A stretch of DNA of 64,000 bases from Syntrophorhabdaceae bacterium (GCA_963665295.1 OY762209.1:480001-544000), one strand, 5' to 3'; shown: positions 40,601-47,229, counted from the first letter of the stretch. Numbers and translations are program-made. The notes: a model not told the origin generated them from the letters alone.

Positions 40601-42622
40601 CTTGCCCGCGGGCCAAGTCACCACGTCTCCGCGAACAAATAAACTTGAAAGTGCGTTTACTTGTCCATTAACTTCCAGCTTCGCCCCTGGACTCGTCGTC
40701 CCGATGCCGACGTTGCCGGCACTATTTACAACCATTGCCGATGTACCTGACCAATTCCCCAACCTCACACCATTAGTATCAGTCCATAATCCATAACCAG
40801 TAGCTTGTCCTGTAAGTTTAATTTGATTAGCCCCCGTTGAATATACTTCCAGTTTCCCGCCCGGACTTGTCGTCCCAATGCCGACGTTTCCGATTTCTGT
40901 TGCCAAAACCACTTGTCCTGCAGCTGCCAATGATTTGTAATTTCCTGCTCCGCCTCTAGTTCCCAACGCTAAAACATATCCATCAAAGCCAGGCCTACCT
41001 GCTTGATAGTCAGCTGCACTATTTCCTGTATTCACAATCAAATATGGAGCAGCTGCCCCGATACTATTCCTTACTGCAAAAACATTTGCCGCATCATTTC
41101 CTGTTCCTTCCACAGTTAATTTATAAACCGGACTTGTCGTCCCAATTCCCACGTTGCCACTCCTTTGTAGATACAACACTGTGTCATTTATATCGGCGTT
41201 GCTACTATCGGCTGTATTATCTAACATGAAAGCCAGATTCCCACGATTATAAGACCCGCCAATATCGTCATACACTCCAACTCTCACCTTTGAATAATTT
41301 TGGCCTCGCACCGAATTAAAGTTTAGGGCCTGTCCCAATCCTACGGCACCAGTCGTATCAGTCGTAATAGCAATATTTCCACCCTGAACCTCTAATTTTT
41401 GATACGGCACCGTCGCCCCGATACCCACATTGCCATTCTTATCAATTACCATTTTAGCAGTTCCTAAAGAATCTCCACTATTTGTATAAAATTCTAACTG
41501 ACTTTGTAGTGCAGATGGATCGGCTTGAGTAATCTGCGACCTAATTAAACCTATCGCGGTTTGAGAACTCCAAATACCTGCTCCCGTCTTAAACTGCAAA
41601 TCAGCATAATTCGTAATAGCTTCCGTGGTGGTTTGCAATCTAATTGTTGAACCGGTAGTAGCGGTTACCTCAAGATTTACTCGTGGATCAATCGTTCCGA
41701 TACCAACGTTGCCTTCTATTATCATTCCATTATCAGGAGCGTTGTTTCCTACTGCAAAACCGCTACCAACAGCTATTGAACCGTCATCACCAAACAAAAC
41801 ATTTTTGTCCCCATTGCCATCTTTAAGATAAAGACCGCCGGAATCTACAATGTTGAAATCGTAAAATTTATTGGCATAAGCCGTATTGGTTATTCTTAAT
41901 GTTGGTGAACCGTTTTTTGTTATTTCCAATAAAGCTCCCGGAGCCGTCGTCCCAATTCCCACATTTCCTCCGTCAATCACACTCATCACCGAAGTTGTGC
42001 TATCGAAAAGTTCCAGAATCTTTCCGGTTCCCGATTGCTGAACGCGAAGAGCCGTTCCAGTCCCACCACCGGATCCGTAGACGATGCTCGAAGCACTGTA
42101 TGTTCCCGATGCCGGATTGTAATTTATGTTTGATGCATCATGAGTGGTATCAATGTTGTCAACGTCAAGATATCCGTTGCCGATGAGATTCAGTGAATTG
42201 AAAGAATAGGGAGTAGCACCGATTTTTTTTCTCGGACTCATTTCCGCATCAGACCCAACTGTCACCCCGAGCCAGTAGCTGGCAGAAAAATCAAGATTAA
42301 GCGTGTTGTCTCCGCTTTCACCAAGTAAAGTATTAAAAATTCCGCTGACAGTTGAGATTGATTTCGCCGTTGGAGTACCACAAGTTCCTCTCGCTGTCCA
42401 AACACAGTTTCCGCCACTCACCGCATCATACAAAGTGAGTTTGATGTTATAAGCCGCGTCCGGAACAACCACTCCGCTGCCATTGGTAAGCTTTCCTTGA
42501 TAACTGATTTCTTTCGTTATGGCAGCTTTAGAGTTTGAAACTGCACCAAAAACAAGACATACTGTGACTATCACAGATACAATGACTCTAAGCAATTTTT
42601 GTTTTTCTTTTAGCGTGATCAT
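28682..42622 (-). CDS. Giant (4646 aa) fibre/adhesin-like protein with dozens of GNVGIGTT repeats and a peptidase S74 intramolecular chaperone domain
   Basis: Signal peptide followed by ISYQGKLT N-domain; recurring GNVGIGTT.P; SDKNLKN...LNPVYFRYK...GVMAQDVQ..IPEAV...INAIKEL (S74); coiled coil; C-terminal GSAVIKAG...FNWLII domain. Confidence 0.9.
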   Translation of the reverse strand: MITLKEKQKLLRVIVSVIVTVCLVFGAVSNSKAAITKEISYQGKLTNGSGVVVPDAAYNIKLTLYDAVSGGNCVWTARGTCGTPTAKSISTVSGIFNTLLGESGDNTLNLDFSASYWLGVTVGSDAEMSPRKKIGATPYSFNSLNLIGNGYLDVDNIDTTHDASNINYNPASGTYSASSIVYGSGGGTGTALRVQQSGTGKILELFDSTTSVMSVIDGGNVGIGTTAPGALLEITKNGSPTLRITNTAYANKFYDFNIVDSGGLYLKDGNGDKNVLFGDDGSIAVGSGFAVGNNAPDNGMIIEGNVGIGTIDPRVNLEVTATTGSTIRLQTTTEAITNYADLQFKTGAGIWSSQTAIGLIRSQITQADPSALQSQLEFYTNSGDSLGTAKMVIDKNGNVGIGATVPYQKLEVQGGNIAITTDTTGAVGLGQALNFNSVRGQNYSKVRVGVYDDIGGSYNRGNLAFMLDNTADSSNADINDTVLYLQRSGNVGIGTTSPVYKLTVEGTGNDAANVFAVRNSIGAAAPYLIVNTGNSAADYQAGRPGFDGYVLALGTRGGAGNYKSLAAAGQVVLATEIGNVGIGTTSPGGKLEVYSTGANQIKLTGQATGYGLWTDTNGVRLGNWSGTSAMVVNSAGNVGIGTTSPGAKLEVNGQVNALSSLFVRGDVVTWPAGKGLEMWYATSNTRSQIQSYDRTGGAWENLAISAKGIALENNGGNTTITGGNVGIGTTSPAVKLHLYNSTGDTGLRIETATNGGSAALTFYDNSLYRWGIGTNQLSTGSALEFRASSGNDVMVINQSGNVGIGTTNPSSGNLQVNGRTYTTTLTMTNGASAGYYLTTDASGNASWSDISSSGGAWTLTGSNLYPDSTSYNVGIGTTGPTSKLEIFDTQPTLTIHANQTSNSSVTGTLLFTNITSSNYNLAKIESYRELYANSGQLAFSTYEGGVGFHEAMRINTYGKVGIGTTSPNGLLHLNQTPGALQTTPTLAFGDGDSGIFEASDDNFRISIAGTDMWKFSNPYFGSSIATYPTLLGEAPSATNPVFSFVGDEDTGMSSAGANILSLITGGVNGLNVNNGNVGIGTTAPGAKLQVANGNIAIQNGNQTSGDYSQAQALQFYQETGASGAEIKAVREAWGSYPFALTFSTHSTSSLAEAMRITSGGNVGIGTTAPAQMFYLWKNANSVAELGIENPNTGNAAYSRMLLQTNASSAFIDNYGSGYTTNGAYQAGAMQIGANGTGGINIAASDAAGLLRLFTGGYADANERMRITQGGNVGIGTTAPVGLLDVRKASVGGNLDEYLMNTDNTNVSSGSRIINFVGGASAGDPLYVLGAYATQYWHLGMDNSDGDRLEIGTGSVIGEAKVTIKTDGNVGIGTTNPLGKLDIRRTGTDTIPALGVYGGSLGVTVGSGHGLLVGGLATGDVFQQVQRIDGTATAYNMLLQPSGGNVGIGTTNPASMLDIYSSTSNALQFQRSSANTYNFQIGGSTFGLYDQTNLVYRWQVNGTNVLLAPTNGNVGIGTTNPSSGNLQVNGRTYTTTLTMTNGASAGYYLTTDASGNASWSDISSSGGAWTLTGSNLYPDSTSYNVGIGTTAPGAKLAVDTSVLIGRPGGTGPGDAVLYLGPYTNATTYAASLRYNDTTANLDITPRSGYSTIFTSGNVGIGTTAPTQALLSVAGNIAATQNITLRGAGLTAGYYGRVAHDDNNMTLSTSGGTGHILLSPAGNVGIGTTSPSNTLHVIGSIRDTTGYYVTGAGSMIVGTDSNDIRLTSVGDLELGANSTITMFLQSGGNVGIGTTAPVSTLQVSTPTNDAITEGLTVGSSATSGLHAYFDNSGQTNAIFSNGYDSATAKMTFRMRDTGTDVNAVTILGNGNVGIGTTNPSSGNLQVNGRTYTTTLTMTNGASAGYYLTTDASGNASWSDISSSGGAWTLTGSNLYPDSTSYNVGIGTTGPTSKLEIFDTQPTLTIHANQTSNSSVTGTLLFTNITSSNYNLAKIESYRELYANSGQLAFSTYEGGVGFHEAMRINTYGKVGIGTTSPNGLLHLNQTPGALQTTPTLAFGDGDSGIFEASDDNFRISIAGTDMWKFSNPYFGSSIATYPTLLGEAPSATNPVFSFVGDEDTGMSSAGANILSLITGGVNGLNVNNGNVGIGTTSPGAPLAVEKTGTGGIRIASFISPATTGMDLGLYIMARNDVNGLTANHIDSVNAANTVTKPLYINASGANTIFGGNVGIGTTSPGSKLTIYDSGNAGVISFKRGGVTETGDISYSNDNAHGALFVGNSQYDLYLRTNGSSRMFINSSGNVGIGTVSPTMNLVVNGAQEIYGYNNNYTYTSFANGLYISPTNTASPTEGLGFWTSNQGHTMIGNVYDSASARLYFNMRASSASNGITAMTILGSGNVGIGTIAPGKLFDVRGDAQFGSSSTVGTIYFGVGSNEYITSTDAGGNGFKFYQDGYAGYQILRQNSATTDPAHIFSSVTNGNEYMRITQGGNVGIGTTSPGTLLNVYSLSTGNPDVLRLQSAWGAAADGASLQYRINNGTDNWTLARIKTANQSGYGGQLIFEVNAGAGSPVDTTTERMRIDKNGNVGIGTTSPQAYLEVANSAGPWIRLNDTDANSGAIEQLGNDLYLSTSSSAGIIYFKNNHTGSTRPSGSGDTMMVINDGNVGIGTTNPVTKLDVRSSFWLGSSGSAGIYMSPSGSRFSTTVAFMETQGTGIPFAINTNEAQPLIFGTNSSERIRITSAGNVGIGTTNPLYSLQISNATADIRLVSTAGTNRSNIQFANTGGTVYLGQESSTGGGIITGASPYAAVFGHGGAYPLQLATNNAVAMTILSGGNVGIGTTSPGAKLEVSSTAGTLLKLTNTTNSDFYNFIANASPGLTLTVGGTTAMTFDRSSNNIVMVPTAGNVGIGTTNPNAKLTVNGNLSFGERNVVTHYIGHTAGNVFGGNSAWQAFATDGADEWITFGTLRNGISGGERVRIDPSGSVGIGTTSPGGKLEVYDTGNPKLYVTTATAGGAPAITLKGAGNTNTPYMEWQLIPSSTDQASYMTANYNGATAVTNILVLKGNGNVGIGTTAPSGKLEVYSNSSSLSPHIISTNDLGIMSKLYTGRSGLASISGKTILENISGNEILLNPSGGNIGIGTTSPGQKLDVVSSIRTDSHMYIWDGSNNKVDMTYSASKGLINMYDNNNAQTVLIHTGGNSYFNGGNVGIGTTSPQVKLDVVGNSVYFSPDTAGKNTFMFTTGTANYGWMSIKADTTTAIKFNSNGDSYFNGGNVGIGTTTPQGKLDVGGVTGNYGQVGILSDSNSKALNLEENSGGESWQLGISSAGDLGFMDSNSAFSSSSVVIQDGGNVGIGTTSPGFMLTVVGAISSQEQFVIAGGSNRIVNNYGDADINWTTSGSNPDIYIRTNSAERMRITNGGNVGIGSTAPLSALDVATGMIYSHNTNGNASYGMTSAGSLYGAIGATTKTGTGGWGLGTMTSPGNASAMTPALSWTGDGYVGIGTTTPTSKLYVSGGYGGSTTKTYGGIDVWGKKGSYSGINFFDGSGTYESTLMVDADGATGMYIEGTGWQWYFSGGSLAVGTVPCASITGNGVGCSDVYVNTSGDTMTGNLQMSASGAIFLNGGTSYGVGVGTNGGNSAILDTINSTAGDTLELNYLAGTDVRIGDGSGQHNLHVDSGGLSVGYNVDLTAGYGVFAGNLGIGTTGPAVKLQIDGGMVYSPNTSGNASYGMTSLGSLYGAIGATTKTGTGGWALGTMTSPGNASAMTPVLSWTGDGNVGIGTTNPTVKLEVVGDVQSSPSTSTSQSIFFPNNGNHRGYIGKENSSGNYVFSSVPAYSLVISNYGETAPIMLGHNSPEVTILNGGYVGIGTTLPQGKLDVGGVTGNYGQVGILSDSTGKALNLEENSGGESWQLGINSAGDLGFMDSNSAFSSSSVVIQDGGNVGIGTTDIGTNLEVDGANQVLSGIGNTQLILRDTATQAKDTGGSIIFSGALNYAGIKGGKWNSTGGNYASYLAFFTRANGVAGLAEQMRIDPSGNVGIGTTGPAVKLQIDGGMVYSPNTPGNASYGMTSAGSLYGAIGATTKTGTGGWGLGTMTSPGNASAMTPALSWTGDGYVGIGTTVPTYLLDVNGNARATDIYTHDGGVHSYSDKNLKNVEGSFSRGLDEIASLNPVYFRYKDNSKLGITDDQEVIGVMAQDVQKLIPEAVGSQNGYLTLTQGPIFYTMINAIKELNLKQISQKTEITSLNSLSKNTDSEISDINFEITEKYSILTGQINTLEERIENDPYQMQIAGLEDKVNSLEEKIASLQNPASQAQTITQTKEITFQEFETTDYITSTLTNLQASNNTLSGDCTTPDAYNEITINPPGMDVSGYDIQDGHLIYNLYIEDPASITDFATELGNQRDTKEVQWNTANHQILQSGWNEIRLNISEGIKTGEIDWTSLNYMRVYFKLSGISEVKIGDVKLEVTETINKVADVNSESVDQVISESVNQMNSQQTLINQLQSQLADIKAQTDANTSLLLALNPKTLIYLDPSGNLTLPEATVTAKSVEAEVVKTKSIVLGSSDQRTDSGQVADPSSGSAVIKAGDDKVIINTTQATQNAKIFVTLTGSSGGESIYVNKDDIDDGKSFTVRLDGEPYKDDIKFNWLIIH
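36186..40224. repeat. Near-identical internal duplications in the giant gene: 36186-37020 vs 39390-40224, third partial copy 37869-38091
   Basis: Direct comparison; the offset of 3204 bp preserves frame, and the protein block NPSSGNLQVNGRTY...GLNVNNGNVG is repeated. Confidence 0.9.
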
Positions 42623-42639
42623 TTACGGTGTGATTTATT

Positions 42640-43092
42640 TCAATTTTTCTTTTTGACCTCCACCGATTTCACTTTCTCCGGAAAATCGGCATAGAGGGTT
42701 ATGTGCCCGTCATTGTCCTCAGAGATGGTGTACTTATTTCTGATCGTCTCGGATCTTTGGTCGTCTCTGATCTTCCAGAAGATCACTCCCCCGACGAGAA
42801 CCAAAAGGAATGCTACCCCCAAGAGTGCGAGTCGCCATTTCAGGCTGAGTGGTTGCTTGGCCTCTTCGGGAGGAATCTCTACATTGAATCTTTGCTGGTA
42901 CTCCTGTTTGGCGATAGCCGCTTGCCGAATGTAATCTTTTAACGCACTCTCAGTGGTGTAGATTTTGCCCCCGACTTTTTCACCGTACATTTTTCCCTTG
43001 CGTACCAAGAGCCCGAGGTATTCTTGGCTATAGGGAGATAACTTTACCGCCTCACGTAGTGAGATCAATTTTGGTTGTTGCTCGTGTGACAT
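42640..43092 (-). CDS. HTH-domain protein with one TM helix, upstream of the giant gene
   Basis: LISLREAVKLSPYSQEYLGLLVRKGKMYGEKVGGKIYTT (MerR/excisionase-like HTH), followed by a hydrophobic helix. Confidence 0.75.
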   Translation of the reverse strand: MSHEQQPKLISLREAVKLSPYSQEYLGLLVRKGKMYGEKVGGKIYTTESALKDYIRQAAIAKQEYQQRFNVEIPPEEAKQPLSLKWRLALLGVAFLLVLVGGVIFWKIRDDQRSETIRNKYTISEDNDGHITLYADFPEKVKSVEVKKKN

Positions 43093-43197
43093 ATTTGTTT
43101 TTGTTCAACGAGTTTAAAATGCAGCTATATCAAACAGATGGTAGATATGATATCGGACATGTATGGGATACGTATCGGGACGTACCCGACGACCATA

Positions 43198-43321
43198 CAA
43201 AAAAGGACAACCATCTACTAAGATTGTCCAGTCGCCAAACTAGTCGCACTGTTCGAAATGGTTGCCCATCGCTGAGTACGACTAATCGCTAAGCTGCTAA
43301 GCTTGCTAATTTGGCGACTGG
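43198..43321 (-). promoter_or_regulatory. Candidate structured 5' leader plus intrinsic terminator for the HTH-giant protein operon
   Basis: Stem CCAGTCGCCAAATTAG/CTAGTTTGGCGACTGG, followed by GGACAATC...GGTTGTCC-TTTTTT on the minus strand. Confidence 0.5.
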
Positions 43322-43540
43322 AATTTTTCTAATTTAATATTATTATTCTTTTGGATTCTCGTCAAACAGTGAGCCAAATGTCGACTCTGTGGATAACTTA
43401 AAAAGATCGCCGAAGGGTTCTGGCGGACTCCGATGGCGGCCTGGAACGGTTCGGCGCCAATGTCTCTACTGACGCTGTACAGGCAGATACAAAAAGAGGC
43501 AGAGACTTGCGACATGCAAATCTCTGCCTTTCAGCCAGCT

Positions 43541-44284
43541 TCAATAGTAATGGATCTCTGCCGGCTGGCAATCAAGGTCCGGAAAACTTGTAGCCAACTT
43601 CCCGTTTCCCTTTTTTTCGTCTTCGACCAGCTTTGAATACTGCGATCCGGTCAAACTGACTTTGACGAGGTACTTACCGTAGAAATGAATCTCCCCGTTA
43701 AGGTTCATATTGCCGATCCTGACCTTCACCTTATCTCCTGAAACTCCAACAGGCGACGAAGTCTTGCTCCAATCGAGTTCAATGAAGCCGACATATTTTC
43801 CGCCAGTTTTCAAGAACTCAACCGAGGAACTATTTATGATAGCTGAATATACTGCCGGTATTGTCTCTATGAAGTCCATGTAATAGAGAACTCCCGTCGC
43901 GTTGTCCTCCCAATATATTCTCACTACCATTTCAGCTCCCGCTTGACTTTCCGGCAACCTAAGCGACTTGCTCAGAATACCGCCCCCTTGAAGATCGGTC
44001 ACTACATCCTCTTTAGAAACTGAGACATCTTGTCCTTGAGCAAACTCGCCATTGAAATACACCTCCCACCTTTTCAGGTTGAAGACTTTATCGATCGTAA
44101 AAGTCACCACTCTCCTATCCTCGTTATTGCCGTAAGGATAGAAGAAATACGTGGTATCCAATGAAGGGCATTCTCCTCCACGCAAACAATGCCCAGGCGC
44201 TGCACTTTCAGGAACCTCTTGGGCGCCCGCAAAATTAAACAACAGCGACATAAAGCAAAATGCAAAAACCGCCTTCTTCAGCAT
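43541..44284 (-). CDS. Secreted hypothetical protein
   Basis: AGGAGG RBS; signal peptide MLKKAVFAFCFMSLLFNFAGA. Confidence 0.75.
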   Translation of the reverse strand: MLKKAVFAFCFMSLLFNFAGAQEVPESAAPGHCLRGGECPSLDTTYFFYPYGNNEDRRVVTFTIDKVFNLKRWEVYFNGEFAQGQDVSVSKEDVVTDLQGGGILSKSLRLPESQAGAEMVVRIYWEDNATGVLYYMDFIETIPAVYSAIINSSSVEFLKTGGKYVGFIELDWSKTSSPVGVSGDKVKVRIGNMNLNGEIHFYGKYLVKVSLTGSQYSKLVEDEKKGNGKLATSFPDLDCQPAEIHYY

Positions 44285-44480
44285 GACAAACCTCCTTGTA
44301 TAATCAATTTTGTTAGAGTGGCAACGTCACTCTTTTGTCATTCTATCTAATCAGCAGTTATCCCTGTAATATCGATTAGTTGTCAAATAGCTGACTGTCC
44401 AGTGTATAATACAATTGAAATCTGTCAAGTGGCTTGGAGAGAGAACTCCAATTTTGTTGGGGATTTGAATAGAATGATGT

Positions 44481-44783
44481 TTAAGCGTTGCGTTTGGCAA
44501 GGGTTCGAGGAAAAACTTTTTCTTCCAACCTCTCCACTCTATGCTCCAAATCCTTATGATCAAAGACGTGGACCCGGCGGTGTTCCACTTCTGCTTTAAG
44601 GTCCTCAAGCTTATCTTCAATTATGTCAAATCTCCTATCAACTGCGTCAAATCTTTCATTAACTGCCTCAAATCTCTTGTCTACTACCTGGAATTTTTTG
44701 TCCATCTTCTCGTTTATTTCATTAAAACCATTGGCCACCATTCCGGCCAAATCCTCCAAAGTTATTTCTTTGTTTTGTCCCAT
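44481..44783 (-). CDS. Small coiled-coil protein (DKRFEAV repeats)
   Basis: ITLEDLAGMVANGF followed by heptad repeats and LEHRVERLE. Confidence 0.75.
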   Translation of the reverse strand: MGQNKEITLEDLAGMVANGFNEINEKMDKKFQVVDKRFEAVNERFDAVDRRFDIIEDKLEDLKAEVEHRRVHVFDHKDLEHRVERLEEKVFPRTLAKRNA

Positions 44784-44996
44784 ATGAAGTGTTTTAAGTT
44801 ATGAATAACATTACTATTTTATCATAATCATACATCTCGTCAATTTTCCTATTCATCGCCACACTCATCGCTTCTTTTTCTAATGCCTTCTTCGGCAACA
44901 ATCCCCTTCTTTTGTAATTCTGTGAGTCCTCTAAACTGAAGAAATCCGAACGGAAGTTATTTTGAAAATTTATTGGGACTAAAAGGAGGTGTTCCC

Positions 44997-45143
44997 ATGG
45001 ATTACGAGAAGATGTCCAATGAAGAGCTTGACCAATTGATCTTACAAATGTTTTCCGGACGATATTTCAAGGAGGTGACGGACGACAACCGCGAAACAGC
45101 AATAGCCTTTCTGAAGTTCTTCGAAGAAGAGAAAGGAGGTTAA
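44997..45143 (+). CDS. Small hypothetical protein (48 aa)
   Basis: AAAGGAGGT RBS; manual translation MDYEKMSNEELDQLILQMFSGRYFKEVTDDNRETAIAFLKFFEEEKGG. Confidence 0.6.
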   Translation: MDYEKMSNEELDQLILQMFSGRYFKEVTDDNRETAIAFLKFFEEEKGG

Positions 45144-45145
45144 AG

Positions 45146-45403
45146 ATGTACAGTCCGAAGATTAACGAAGACCTAATCCCCTATCTCTACCGGCTCAGCC
45201 GGCATCTCGGACAGCCAATGACCAGAACGGTGAACTCGATCCTCAAGGAGGCGTTACTCCATTTCAAGGACACCGGAATATTCTCGGAAATCGAAGCGGA
45301 AGAGAAAGCTCTCGAAGAGCTGACCGCCTACTTCAGAAAAGTCACGAGTGGCAGGAAGAAGAAGACCGCCCAGGTTATCGAGCTTCTCAGAAAAATCGCA
45401 TAG
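45146..45403 (+). CDS. Small ribbon-helix-helix-like hypothetical protein
   Basis: RBS; MYSPKINEDLIPYLYRLSRHLGQPMTRTVNSILKEAL. Confidence 0.65.
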   Translation: MYSPKINEDLIPYLYRLSRHLGQPMTRTVNSILKEALLHFKDTGIFSEIEAEEKALEELTAYFRKVTSGRKKKTAQVIELLRKIA

Positions 45404-45834
45404 GAGGTGTGAGGTGATCACTATCACCAGGGAAGAAGTGGAAAGAATCTTTTCGATCTCCACTCATCAAGTGGAAGTGGTGGAGGCGCTTTACCGGCTC
45501 GCGTTCCCAGATTACGACGAGATCATGAAGCTTGACGGTTTCCCGGAAGCGGGAGAGAAACTCTCCAAGCTCATCTGGAACAAGTTTTTTGATTTCGATG
45601 AAAAGCATCACCCGAACGTGATGAAGGGCGGAAGATGGATGAACAACGGCTTCTCAACCAACAAGAAACTTGGCGATTGGGAAGTTGATGTTGCCGGAGT
45701 GAAGAAGATTATGAAGGAGAAAGAGAGTCCGCTTTTCCGGAATTTCTATCGCTGTGCGCAGGACGGTACGCGGTGACAGGAAGAAGAAGACCGCCCAGGT
45801 TGTCCAATCTCTCAACAAAATCGCATAGGAGGTG
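45348..45834 (+). repeat. ~62 bp direct repeats at 45348-45409 and 45773-45834 flanking one gene
   Basis: GTG.CAGGAAGAAGAAGACCGCCCAGGTT...CTCA..AAAATCGCATAGGAGGTG in both copies. Confidence 0.85.
45414..45776 (+). CDS. Hypothetical protein
   Basis: GTG start after GGAGGTG; ORF track 45348..45776. Confidence 0.65.
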   Translation: MITITREEVERIFSISTHQVEVVEALYRLAFPDYDEIMKLDGFPEAGEKLSKLIWNKFFDFDEKHHPNVMKGGRWMNNGFSTNKKLGDWEVDVAGVKKIMKEKESPLFRNFYRCAQDGTR

Positions 45835-45838
45835 AATC

Positions 45839-46057
45839 ATGAAAAAGCGCCGCCGTCAGAAGCCCAAGAAACTCATATGGATATTGGGCGCAGTATCCTT
45901 ATTTCTTCTCGCCGTTATCGCGTTCGGTACGACGATGATATCGTACTCGCTACACGAGATTCTTGTAACCGCTCAGGAAAATATCGCTTCATACGAACCC
46001 GAACACAAGGAACCCACCAAATTCAAAAGCATAGGAGGAATGAAATGGAAGAAATGA
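45839..46057 (+). CDS. Small membrane protein
   Basis: AGGAGGTG RBS; basic N-terminus followed by a hydrophobic helix. Confidence 0.55.
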   Translation: MKKRRRQKPKKLIWILGAVSLFLLAVIAFGTTMISYSLHEILVTAQENIASYEPEHKEPTKFKSIGGMKWKK

Positions 46058-46782
46058 TTATTCATCGGGGAGGAGAGATCGTTACCCGAGAACAGCTTGA
46101 CCTTATCAAGGTGCCGGATGCCACCGATTCATACATCCCGGTATCGCACTACCATCTGGCCGACAAACTGGTCGGCATATCGAAGGATATTCTCCGCGAT
46201 TACGTTTTGGTCGGAGAAAACTACGCCGTGGCCCGGCAGGGGAACCAGATGTTCGCGGCGCTCAAGTTCCAGCGGGACGAGTCGGACATGGCGCTCTCTA
46301 TCGCCTTCCGGAATTCTTACGACCGCTCGATGAGTCTCGGGATCGCTATCGGCGCTTCGGTCTTCGTCTGCGATAACTTGGCCCTTCAGGGCGACATCGT
46401 CATCATGAGGAAGCACACCAAGAATGTCTGGAACGAACTCGAAGATTTGGCGATTGCGACGCTCTACAAATCCCAGAAGACCTTTGAGCAGATCGTGGCC
46501 GACGCGGCCCTGCTCAAGAAGCAGCGCCTCAAGAACGACGAGGCGTTCATGTTCATGGGGATGCTCTTCGGCTATCACATCGTGAGCCCGAGACAACTCT
46601 CGATCCTCAAGGAAGAATGGCTTAGGCCGTCGCATACCGAATTCGAGGAAAGGAACATGTGGTCACTCTTTAACGCGACAACCGAAAGTCTCAAGAGCTG
46701 TCCGCCCGTCACCATCATGGAAAAGCACGGTCAGGCGTACAACCTGCTCACGCAAGGCAAATACCCGGCGCTCACCGCGTAA
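46045..46782 (+). CDS. DUF932/DUF945-like mobile-element protein
   Basis: SYIPVSH, FRNSYDRS, VFVCDNL, RKHT and NMWSLFNATTE motifs; AGGAGG RBS before ATG 46045. Confidence 0.75.
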   Translation: MEEMIIHRGGEIVTREQLDLIKVPDATDSYIPVSHYHLADKLVGISKDILRDYVLVGENYAVARQGNQMFAALKFQRDESDMALSIAFRNSYDRSMSLGIAIGASVFVCDNLALQGDIVIMRKHTKNVWNELEDLAIATLYKSQKTFEQIVADAALLKKQRLKNDEAFMFMGMLFGYHIVSPRQLSILKEEWLRPSHTEFEERNMWSLFNATTESLKSCPPVTIMEKHGQAYNLLTQGKYPALTA

Positions 46783-46812
46783 TCCGATTTCTCGAAATTT
46801 AAGGAGGCCGTC

Positions 46813-47220
46813 ATGATCGTATCACGGGAAAGGGCGGAACTTTCTTCGCCCGCAGCAGCGGCAGGCCTCCTTAGGAAACTTCTCCGAAAGGAAGACTGCC
46901 TATCGAAAGACAGAGAGCATTTCTGGGTCATCACGCTCAATACCAGAAACCGGGTAAGGTTTGTGGAACTCATAAGCCTTGGGACGATGAACACCAGCGT
47001 CGTAGCCCCGAGAGAGATCTTCCGAAGGGCCATAATCAGGGGAGCGTCCTCGATCATACTGGGACACAACCATCCTTCGGGAAACCCTGAGCCCAGCCAA
47101 GAGGATTTGGAGATTACCAGAAGGATTGTGGAAGCCGGAAAGATCGTCGGGATCGAGGTGGTCGACCATATCATCATCGGCAAAAGCGATTATTCCTTCA
47201 AAGAAAAGGGGCTCATTTAG
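46813..47220 (+). CDS. radC: RadC-like JAB domain protein
   Basis: REHF, PREIF, HNHPSGNPEPSQED, VDHIIIG. Confidence 0.9.
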   Translation: MIVSRERAELSSPAAAAGLLRKLLRKEDCLSKDREHFWVITLNTRNRVRFVELISLGTMNTSVVAPREIFRRAIIRGASSIILGHNHPSGNPEPSQEDLEITRRIVEAGKIVGIEVVDHIIIGKSDYSFKEKGLI

Positions 47221-47229
47221 GAAAACAAT

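Noticed and set aside
30200..42000. Regularly recurring CCGACGTTGCC/GTCGTCCCGAT motif as a CRISPR array
   Set aside because: The repeats are degenerate at third codon positions, irregularly spaced and encode GNVGIGTT within one ORF; there are no cas genes.
28682..42622. Prophage tail region
   Set aside because: No capsid, terminase, portal or other tail genes; the protein has a signal peptide.
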